From the NCBI RefSeq assembly GCF_002854065.1, contig NZ_CP024147.1: a stretch of 64,000 nt of DNA; one strand, given 5' to 3'. The stretch is from Escherichia coli. Lineage in GTDB: Bacteria; Pseudomonadota; Gammaproteobacteria; Enterobacterales; Enterobacteriaceae. The notes below the pieces were generated by a model. That model was not told the origin of the DNA and did not search any database. It was given only the letters and a program-made list of their open reading frames with translations. Positions 38,592 through 46,784 of the stretch are shown here, one piece after another. The translations under genes were made by a program, and so were the position numbers. Position 1 is the stretch's first letter. Every line of letters begins with the position of its first letter.

Positions 38592-38767
38592 GAGTCACCT
38601 CTGGTTGAGAGTTTACTCACTTAGTCCTGTGTCCACTATTGGTGGGTAAGATCAGATCAACGAAGAGAAGATCAGCATATATGCACTAGAAACCAAAATA
38701 TCGAGCCAAGGCAATTGTTAACTTGCGTGGACAGATGCTCGTTATGTATTAAAATCCCATTGCTTAG

Positions 38768-39247
38768 TCACGAAGATAATGATCGTATGGCTTCCTTAAG
38801 GGCTGGTGAGACACGTTGATTAAGTGCTTCATTAGCCCAGTCGGATTGCACGGGTATTCTACGCAATATCACTGTGTTTAAAGCAGCAAACAAACGATGC
38901 AGTAAATGTATAGAACCGGTCGCGATAGCTGTATCCACCCACTGGTCCGCATAGAGCCATGGGGCTGAAAATAAATCAGCCATCGCCTGAGTAGCAACTT
39001 CAATAGACGCTTTTTCTAGGCAAAGAACATCACCCTGATCGCCAAAATTATGCTCAAAGTAAGGCAATCCTTCTATATTCGTGCGAATTAGAGGAAATGG
39101 GCAGCGCCCAATGCTCAGTAAAATATAGGCGTCTATACGCTGATCATCGTCACCCACCTCTGCTGACGGCAGTTTCGCTAGTTGCCCGAGTATCATCCAA
39201 CTGGTTGATTTAGAAATGACCTTTGGGATTTGATCCTCTAAATTCAC
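38768..39247 (-). CDS. Hypothetical 159-aa protein, downstream partner of the nuclease-NTPase gene
   Basis: Track ORF (GTG start) 69 nt after the stop of 39317..40696, same strand. No family recognised. Confidence 0.55.
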   Translation of the reverse strand: MNLEDQIPKVISKSTSWMILGQLAKLPSAEVGDDDQRIDAYILLSIGRCPFPLIRTNIEGLPYFEHNFGDQGDVLCLEKASIEVATQAMADLFSAPWLYADQWVDTAIATGSIHLLHRLFAALNTVILRRIPVQSDWANEALNQRVSPALKEAIRSLSS

Positions 39248-39316
39248 CAGAATACTCTTTGCATCATCCCCGTGTTTAGAAATCCACGCTAATCCATCCT
39301 CAATCTTTAGATTGAC

Positions 39317-41128
39317 TTATTGGTTGTCTGGCATAGCTAAAGTAAACAATCCGTTTTTTATAGGTTCTTTATATGGCTCAATGCTGAGAAGGCCCTGAAT
39401 AATTCCAAAGCTGAAATATCTCTCTTTAGCTGCCATACGGCGTATGGCTTGAGCACCGATCATATCTCCAAGATAAGTGGCGTCTAGCCGTTCGCCAAGC
39501 CAAGCCCCGGCGTCTTGAGGGTCTTGTTCTGCCCGTAAAACCAGTTCATCACAAACAGCATCCGACAGTTCCAGAAGGTAAGCTGCGGGAACTGTCGGCA
39601 CCACAACATCTTCCCATCCTGAAAGGCGAAAAATACGAACTGCCCCCATATGTTTTAACTCATTCACTACACCACGAGCTTCGTCAGAAAGTGCGTCATA
39701 CCGCACGACAAATCCATTCGCTTTAGCAAACATTAATTCTACTGAGTGGGAGTTTGTGTCAGCTAGTGCGCAGCGTGCAAGAACCCGATAATAACGAAGA
39801 AGATCATACTGACTCTCATAGCTCTTTTGCGCAGCATCTATAAGTTCCATACCGGGTGATGGAGGAAGATAGGCGATAAGATCCGTTTTCTGGTATTGAT
39901 GATTGCGCACAATGTCATCATAAATAGTGCGAAGAACCCAAGGCGAGCGGTAGTCATCGGCGTATTCTGCTCCCTGTTGAAAAACTATCCGCTGGTCCGA
40001 GAGAATCTGTTGCGCCAGCTTAAATTCATCTAGGGACATAGGCGATGTTTTAAATACCTTCGACCGGCTACCAATTGCAGACGGAGTTCGTCCGTTTGGA
40101 TTTTTCAGTAACGCGTTGGCATGATAGGTCGTCAGAACAACCACCAGCCTGTTGCCAAAACGTATACCCGCAAGTTCCTCAAGATCAGTAGCCATTTGGG
40201 AGCCTGGTTCAACGTCGTCGATAGCAAGCATAAGCGATGGACCTTCAGTGCAGTTAGACATTCGTCTTAACCAGTTACGTGCATCATTTGAGGTTAAATT
40301 CCATTCAAATTCAGCTGCAAAAAGATTGGCCAGAGCCTGAAATAGTCCTGGTCCGGAACCTCGTAACATCAGGACAGCCAAAAGATCGCTACTTTCCGTT
40401 TTTAGCGAAATTTCACGGAGGCAACTGCTTTTTCCGCTTTGTGCATCACCCTCAATGATAGTGAAAGCTGTACCCATCACAGCAGATTCAATTACAAGAG
40501 ACGTGATTTTGCGAGGAAAAAGTAGGTTGTTGGCAAATGGATGTTCTGAATGCCCAGGCTGATCAGTTATATCAATCAGCAGCCGGGCTGTTTCTTCTCG
40601 CACAGCTGGCACCCAAGCATTAGTTTCTCGCCCCATCAAGGCTTCAATAGCCCAGCGCATGTCAGCCGCCGCCAACTTTGCAGAATTGGCGAGCATCTTG
40701 TTTACCGCTGCCGAGGCATCCTGTCCACCCGACCACTGTTGTCCATTACTTGAGTCATAAACGCGCGTATCTTTACCGTTCGTAACTACAACGAGAGGCG
40801 GACGTGGTGTTAACTGGTTAGCGTAGCTTTAAGCCTGTTCATAATCATCATGGGTCAGTGTCAGGTCTTCACGTTTCAGTTCAATAACCGCAAGTGGTCT
40901 CTCCCGATGAAAGATCAAAACATCCGCTCGCCCGTATTTTTTCCAGTGTGCGGCGCTATCTATTTTGTAAGTTCCATGGCCTAGCCGAACGGTAAAATGG
41001 CGCTGTTCGATAAGATCTTCGCGAGGAATGTTAGGAAATGCTATGTTTAGTGCTGAAGTAAGCCGGCTTTCTAGCTCGGCTTCAGTTCGAACGAGTGGAG
41101 AGCCCGTTTTTGATTGCATACTTTTCAT
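39317..41128 (-). pseudogene. PD-(D/E)xK (HsdR-N/Mrr-like) nuclease domain fused to a STAND/AAA+-like P-loop NTPase, interrupted by one in-frame TAA (40829-40831)
   Basis: Track ORFs 40829..41128 and 39317..40696 are in the same frame. The 44 codons between them are open (SYANQLTPRPPLVVVTNGKDTRVYDSSNGQQWSGGQDASAAVNK). Motifs: D-x12-ELK (GRADVLIFHRERPLAVIELK), Walker A GDAQSGKS (40427-40450), Walker B LMLAIDDVEP. Good RBS (gagga) before the ATG at 41128. Confidence 0.75.
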
Positions 41129-41342
41129 GACAAAGTATCCTCAGATATTAGTCATTGGCTAAGTTTTTATTTCACTTACTACCTTTCCAGATTAATGCGA
41201 AGACGCATAGCATTGGATTAACGGATGTGAAATGGATTATTGACAAGCAAAGTAACTTTTTCCGCATAACTATCAATTGATTAGCTGAAGAAAGGGAATA
41301 TGATTTAGTTCACTCAGGTTTCTCCAGCACGATGTGCAGATG

Positions 41343-41623
41343 CTAAAGCCACGATTAATTCTAAAGCAGATTAATATAACCCTGAAACAGGCAGAGCAGG
41401 AAACGCCTGTATCGGAAGTATGCCGCATGACCGCCCCCGATAACTCACACCGAATGCCAATAGGAATGTCAGCCCCTCGCTCATAGCAGACCTTCGGGCC
41501 TGGCAGCTTAGTGCCAAGAACACTCCCCAGTGGCCTATCGGCAAGTGTAAGCGTACGAATATCGCCTCCGTGCTACACAGTAGACGACTACATTTTCGAC
41601 GCATGAGCAAATCGTGGCTTTAG
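41343..41623. other. GC-rich 281-bp non-coding module bounded by 14-nt perfect inverted repeats (candidate structured RNA or MITE)
   Basis: ctaaagccacgatt (41343-41356) and aatcgtggctttag (41610-41623). Internal hairpins include acaggc-N12-gcctgt, tatcgg-N20-ccgata, gtag-acga-ctac and cagacc-ttcg-ggcctg. Both flanks are AT-rich. Confidence 0.4.
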
Positions 41624-41771
41624 TTGTCTAAAACCAGTGCTTCAACACTTTTTTTTCACCAAACAACGCATCGTAGAAGCACTAGTTGGATTCCACAGGC
41701 TTACGTAAACAAATAGCGCTAACGGCTAAGCTGGTCCATTAGACGCTCAATCATCCTCGCAAGAGGTATAG

Positions 41772-42788
41772 TTACTCGATGCCCAGAACAAATGACATTA
41801 ACAAATCTAGCTTTATTTTCATGTCTGCAGTTGCCGAAGCCGCATTAACCTGCGGCAAGGCAAGCCATCTGTTTACGGCATCGGAGTTGAATCTCTGCTG
41901 CCTTAGGAACGAAGATACCGACGTTTCCCAGGAAAAGATTTCACCCCCACAAAGTTCGACGGGCTGCTGAGAGCAGGCTCGCTGAATAGTCATTCCCAAA
42001 CCGACGTAGCGGAGAAGCTCACGTCGCACATTCTCATCTTTTTGCATGACTGGTGCATCCAGTTTCGGTTTCGGTCCAAAGTACACTCCGGTAGTACCTG
42101 GTTGTAATGTCGGGTCACTGGAAAAATAAACCGGAACTCCCATCAATTTAAATGCCGCTGTCAAAATTTCATAACTAATGTCTGATCGACTCCAACGGCC
42201 CATGTGGGGTGGTACTTTTGGCAAACCGACCAGATCATCGCCACGGCTTACAATCGATACCCCCTCAACTGGCACGGATGGTTGCATTCTGAATACAGCG
42301 TCAGAATCGATTTCCCAGCCAGCTTCGCTTAACAATCGCAAAAAATTACCAGCAGCCACGCACGATGATTCACTCCACTCAACACAACCGATGCGCAGCT
42401 TGTCCCGCTGACCGAACTGTCCTGTTCGAAATAATTCGAGGTATCTGTCGCGATTGGAACTATTAACGGCATATGCATCAATCACAGTAGGCGGTACAGG
42501 TTTACTTGCAGATTCAGGATTTTGTTGAAGCAAATCTGGGCTTATGAAAAACACTATAGCGAAGATCGCCACTGCGCCAGATGCTCTTAACCACCCATTA
42601 AATTTTACTTCAAGGAAACCAGGCAGAACTGCACCAATACATCCGGCAGCCAGAGCCAGAACTATTCGGTAAACTATATATTGATAAGGTGTGGGATTGG
42701 GGGTTGTGATAGTAGTAATGAGTATGGCAACTATCGCCACAACCGCAAAACCATACCTAATGAACTTGTCTGTCCTTACACTGCTCAT
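41772..42788 (-). CDS. Hypothetical membrane protein (three N-terminal TM helices plus ~240-aa soluble domain)
   Basis: 338-aa ORF. Hydrophobic stretches FAVVAIVAILITTITT, IVYRIVLALAAGCIGAVLPGF and ASGAVAIFAIVFFI. No family recognised. Confidence 0.6.
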   Translation of the reverse strand: MSSVRTDKFIRYGFAVVAIVAILITTITTPNPTPYQYIVYRIVLALAAGCIGAVLPGFLEVKFNGWLRASGAVAIFAIVFFISPDLLQQNPESASKPVPPTVIDAYAVNSSNRDRYLELFRTGQFGQRDKLRIGCVEWSESSCVAAGNFLRLLSEAGWEIDSDAVFRMQPSVPVEGVSIVSRGDDLVGLPKVPPHMGRWSRSDISYEILTAAFKLMGVPVYFSSDPTLQPGTTGVYFGPKPKLDAPVMQKDENVRRELLRYVGLGMTIQRACSQQPVELCGGEIFSWETSVSSFLRQQRFNSDAVNRWLALPQVNAASATADMKIKLDLLMSFVLGIE

Positions 42789-43091
42789 TTTAATTTTGAC
42801 ACCTGAATCAAGTCCATAAGTCGAAAATCCCGCATTAAACTGTTCCCCAATGATTAATACAGCTTTATACGCGTAATGAGGCTATTGGCGTTGGTGATGA
42901 GTGTAACTGTCCATTCCTCGCTCAGAGCAACCTTCTGCTCCAAGAGTCAGTCTACAGTGTGCAAAAAACAGACGTTGATCACAATATCGAGTTAATCATT
43001 CGGCCGTTTATCACTCCCATTGAAAAATTTCTCAGTATCCAATATACCAATGTTGAGGGCTTCCCTCTTACATCTCAAAAGGATAACTATC

Positions 43092-43220
43092 ATGGGTCTT
43101 AAACCTGGTCCAAAACCAATTGCTAAATCGACAGGAAAACCAGATCAACGCCGACGAGATAATAAAGATACTCCTGGCAACACTCCGGGACTAAAGCCAA
43201 GTAAGTCCACCGGGAAGTAA
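43092..43220 (+). CDS. Possible 42-aa basic Pro/Lys/Gly-rich peptide with an internal repeat
   Basis: ATG at 43092 preceded by aaggat. Reads MGLKPGPKPIAKSTGKPDQRRRDNKDTPGNTPGLKPSKSTGK; GLKP...KSTGK occurs twice. This is the shorter, ATG-initiated version of track ORF 43020..43220. Confidence 0.3.
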   Translation: MGLKPGPKPIAKSTGKPDQRRRDNKDTPGNTPGLKPSKSTGK

Positions 43221-43256
43221 AAAAATCAGGGTATAAATAAGTTATTTATACCCTGA
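43218..43256 (-). terminator. Intrinsic terminator of the three-gene helicase operon
   Basis: 15-nt perfect inverted repeat tcagggtataaataa/ttatttataccctga, followed on the minus strand by ttttttt. It sits 14 nt after the helicase stop. Confidence 0.85.
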
Positions 43257-43269
43257 CTACATATCCAGT

Positions 43270-45468
43270 CTACTGAAGGTGTTTCTGCAGCCAGGTGCAC
43301 GTTCCTTCTATATCATACGCCTGTGCCCCATACCCTTTAGCAAGCAAAGTCTCTGGTAAATACTCGTCATATTTATCCAGATACTTGTCAGGAACAACTG
43401 CAGCAAGCTCAAACTCTGAAGGTAACCCCGACAATAGCATTTTCTTAAGTACACGCTGGACAGAGGCAACGCCTGAGTCCTCTACCTCTATCACACCTGC
43501 AAATGAACTGGCTTTAAAGCCACAACGTATAAGCAGGGACGTAATTGTATTGACAATTTTATCCCCCATCCACGGGATCACGTAGCAGTTCTGACCACTG
43601 GCAATAAAACAGTCATTGTGTAGATTGTAGCGTTGGAAGTTGTCACTTCCTTCCGCAAAGAGGCTTCTGGCTGCGGCATCAGCATAATCGACTCTCTTGT
43701 TGCCTACCGCGATACGGTAATCATTTTCCCTGTAGATAGCGAGCATCTCCTGGCGAACAACATCATGAACAGACATCCCGCTACCACTGAATAGTGGTGG
43801 CTGACCGCCTTTAGTCGCCTCAACATAGATAACCTTTTTTTCAACCTCGATCTCTGTCACTTTCCAGCGCCGTCCGCCGAAGATGATGTGCTGCTCCGGC
43901 AAAAGTGGGGAGTCTACAGGCACTGTGCCAAGAGTTCGGTTTCCCGTTACAATGCGAAACTCCTCAGGTGTATTGAATACGGCATAAAACGTGTAGTGAT
44001 TAGTCAGCTTCTCCCCCTCAGCCCCGACAACTATTTCACCGCTGGCTAGTTGACTGAGCAGGCCACATGTCCCCATATGTTTAAGCAGACTTTTAAAGTC
44101 ATTTATATCCACATTCCGGAACGGACCTGTCTGGCAAAGTTGTGACCAGAGTTGATCGGCACGAACACCTCCCCATTGCGCAGTAATAGCCAGGATCTGG
44201 TGTAGTAGTGTGGAGTAATGTTTCTGCCGGATATCTGCAGGCTCGAACCAGCGCTTAGAGATCATCAACCTGATCATTGCCATCGCCTGAACCAACTGCA
44301 GCCGTAAATGATCCACAATGCTGCTGGTTGCGGTAAGTTCAGGTTCAGTAATTAACATTCTCAGCACCGATGGGGAATCGCGCCGCCCTGAACGTCCCAT
44401 GCGTTGACGCAGACTGGAAACAGAATGCGGAGGTGTCACTTGTATGACAGACTGCACCTTACCAATATCAATACCCAGCTCCAGCGTCATTGTACAAACA
44501 GCGGTTGTGGGCAAATTCCCTTTCTGCAGTCGGGCTTCAAGCGCCTCACGTAACTCCCTGGCAAGGGAGCCATGATGAGGAAAGAATTCATTAGGAACGA
44601 CATTTGCTTCACACATGTCGCTCAGTATTGCCGCTATGCTTTCAGTACGCTTTCGACTGTTAGCAAAGACCAGGTGGGAATCGCCACGACAGAGCCTGAA
44701 AATATCCGCGCAGACGAGCTGTTCAGCAGAGCTCTGGAGCTCTTCCCCTTTTTCGAGCACCCGCTCAAGATAACCTTTAACCTGAACTTGTAGTGTAGCG
44801 GTGCTATTACTGTCTGTTACCGTTTCACAAGGTAATCTCTTATCCGGACGCAATAATTCTGGCACTTTTTCCAGCTCTCCCAGAGTGGCACTCAACGCGA
44901 CACGGGGAACTGGATTTAACTGGCGTCCCAGCACATGGTCAATTCTATTAAGCAGCGAAAGCAGTTGTATACCACGCTCTGAGCCAATAAAAGCGTGGAA
45001 CTCATCAATAACAATGTATGCCACTGAAGAAAACGCCTGTTTGAGCCAACCCAATGAGTTTATGAGCAAAGACTCAAGTGATTCAGGTGTGATAAGTAAG
45101 ATACCTGACGGGCTTGTCCGTGCTTTATTCTTTTTGCTTTGTGGTACATCCCCGTGCCAGGGCGTCACTTGCATTTCCAGGGCTTCCCCCAGGCTCTCAA
45201 GACGACGGTGCTGATCGTTAATCAATGCCTTCAACGGACTGATATAGATAATGCCAAATCCACCAGTGAGATCTGCAATCGCTGAACAGGCAGGAAGAAA
45301 GAAAGCCTCTGTTTTACCCGCAGCTGTACCTGCACTAATTAGTACATCACGATCACGGGCTAAAATTGCCGGAATAGAGCTCTCCTGCAAGGGCCTTAAT
45401 GATGACCAGCCCTGCTTATAAATCCACTTACGGACACGGGGATCGAGACTATTGTAGGCACTGCTCAT
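43270..45468 (-). CDS. sngC: DEAD/DEAH-box (Lhr-like SF2) helicase, Shango SngC-like
   Basis: 732-aa ORF. Q-motif LRPLQ, motif I AGTAAGKTEA, Ia SPLKALINDQ, II DEFH, III SAT, VI QRMGRSGRR, plus a ~300-aa C-terminal extension. Its ATG overlaps the stop of the upstream ATPase gene (ATGA). Confidence 0.85.
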   Translation of the reverse strand: MSSAYNSLDPRVRKWIYKQGWSSLRPLQESSIPAILARDRDVLISAGTAAGKTEAFFLPACSAIADLTGGFGIIYISPLKALINDQHRRLESLGEALEMQVTPWHGDVPQSKKNKARTSPSGILLITPESLESLLINSLGWLKQAFSSVAYIVIDEFHAFIGSERGIQLLSLLNRIDHVLGRQLNPVPRVALSATLGELEKVPELLRPDKRLPCETVTDSNSTATLQVQVKGYLERVLEKGEELQSSAEQLVCADIFRLCRGDSHLVFANSRKRTESIAAILSDMCEANVVPNEFFPHHGSLARELREALEARLQKGNLPTTAVCTMTLELGIDIGKVQSVIQVTPPHSVSSLRQRMGRSGRRDSPSVLRMLITEPELTATSSIVDHLRLQLVQAMAMIRLMISKRWFEPADIRQKHYSTLLHQILAITAQWGGVRADQLWSQLCQTGPFRNVDINDFKSLLKHMGTCGLLSQLASGEIVVGAEGEKLTNHYTFYAVFNTPEEFRIVTGNRTLGTVPVDSPLLPEQHIIFGGRRWKVTEIEVEKKVIYVEATKGGQPPLFSGSGMSVHDVVRQEMLAIYRENDYRIAVGNKRVDYADAAARSLFAEGSDNFQRYNLHNDCFIASGQNCYVIPWMGDKIVNTITSLLIRCGFKASSFAGVIEVEDSGVASVQRVLKKMLLSGLPSEFELAAVVPDKYLDKYDEYLPETLLAKGYGAQAYDIEGTCTWLQKHLQ

Positions 45469-46781
45469 AGTCTGAAATTCGCCAGGCCATCATCGTCATC
45501 ACTTTCCTCCACAATGGCATCCCCCATATCGCTGGGCTTGTCTTCTTCAATCGCCACCCCCTCAATGAGAGCTTGCCAGTTCATCGTACTGTTTTGTTCC
45601 AGCACAGCCAGCATATCCAGAAAACCTTTTATGGTATTGCGGGGAGTTCGAAAGTAAGCATCTCCGATGGTTTTGCTGCAGTGATGCAGAAACCCGGTCA
45701 GAGCCTCATCTGGCACCAGATAATTTGCGGGATCTCCACCAGCATAAACATGACGAAGATTTTTCAGTAAAATATACAGTTCCTCAGGAGTGAGGCTGGC
45801 AAGATGTAGCGTGGGAGACGAGTAGTCAATCACGCCAGCTTTCTGTGCGAATCGATTTTCTGCCAGACGCGACTGGAGCGCTTCATAGCTGTAGAGCCCC
45901 TTACGTGGATCGAAAAGAAACTCTGGCGTCCCCCCGAGGATAAAACCAATATTTTCGGCGGAGCCTTGCAGGCAGTCATTCAGGATCCGCAAAATTTGTT
46001 CGTAGTTGGCCGTTCTCGCTTGCGTATTATTCAACTTGAAGAGGTTCACCATCTCGTCGAGGCTAACTAAAAGTCCGGCATAGCCTGCCTGACGGACAAA
46101 AAGGCTCATCAACTTCAAAGAGTCATAGAACGAGGCGTCTGAGATAATCGTTCGGACGTCAAGATCATTACGGGCATCAGTTTTTGTGGTGTACTCGCCC
46201 CGCAACCAGCGAATAGCATTGGATTTTAAGGTTTCGTTATCCTGCTCATGCCCGCGCCAGAATGCGTCAATGACCTTCGCAAAGTCATATCCACCCACCA
46301 TATCTGACAAAGCAGCAAGGCGTTTATGAATAACGGATGAGACCTGGGAGCCGTTCGCATCAGCTTCCTTCCTTGCCTCAGTAACAAACCTTTCCACAAC
46401 GCTAAGTAATGCATTGCCATCTGGTTTGTTTCTGGTGGACATATTTTTCATAAGCTCTGAGTAGAGATTACGAGCCTGACCTCCCGATGAGTGAATACGT
46501 CTGTCGGGAGAAAGGTCTGCACTGACCGTGACCAGCTTTTTCTCTAACGCAATAGACCGTACAACACTTAAAAAGAACGTTTTGCCGGAACCATACTCAC
46601 CAATGATAAGTCTGAAGCTTGCCCCGCCATCAGCAATCCGTTCAATATCCTGATGGAGGGCGGTTATCTCATTCACGCGGCCAACCTGGATATGCTGAAT
46701 ACCTATCCTTGGCGTTACTCCCGACTTAAGTGACTGAATAATAGCGTCGCGCTCTTTCACTCTTATACGTGTTACAGACAT
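45465..46781 (-). CDS. sngB: DUF2791/BrxD-like P-loop ATPase, Shango SngB-like
   Basis: 438-aa ORF. Walker A GEYGSGKTF, Walker B GLLVSLDEM, acidic C-terminal tail. Confidence 0.8.
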   Translation of the reverse strand: MSVTRIRVKERDAIIQSLKSGVTPRIGIQHIQVGRVNEITALHQDIERIADGGASFRLIIGEYGSGKTFFLSVVRSIALEKKLVTVSADLSPDRRIHSSGGQARNLYSELMKNMSTRNKPDGNALLSVVERFVTEARKEADANGSQVSSVIHKRLAALSDMVGGYDFAKVIDAFWRGHEQDNETLKSNAIRWLRGEYTTKTDARNDLDVRTIISDASFYDSLKLMSLFVRQAGYAGLLVSLDEMVNLFKLNNTQARTANYEQILRILNDCLQGSAENIGFILGGTPEFLFDPRKGLYSYEALQSRLAENRFAQKAGVIDYSSPTLHLASLTPEELYILLKNLRHVYAGGDPANYLVPDEALTGFLHHCSKTIGDAYFRTPRNTIKGFLDMLAVLEQNSTMNWQALIEGVAIEEDKPSDMGDAIVEESDDDDGLANFRL

Positions 46782-46784
46782 TCA

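Larger units (their letters stand above)
37422..38654 (-). mobile_element. IS3-like element (IS3 family), transposase decayed
   Basis: Ends tgatcctacccacgtaatgtggacac... and ...gtgtccactattggtgggtaagatca match the IS3 terminal repeats. orfA is intact; orfB is split over two frames. At 1233 bp it is slightly shorter than the ~1258 bp I recall for canonical IS3. Confidence 0.9.

Noticed and set aside
41371-41610. 79-aa minus-strand ORF inside the inverted-repeat module
   Set aside because: There is no RBS, the composition is Arg/Leu/Cys-rich junk-like, and it sits fully within a region better explained as structured non-coding DNA.
41343-41623. Retron msr/msd interpretation of the inverted-repeat module
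   Set aside because: Flanking inverted repeats resemble retron a1/a2 repeats, but no reverse transcriptase gene is adjacent on either side. The only RT in the window is a dead group II intron RT 15 kb away.
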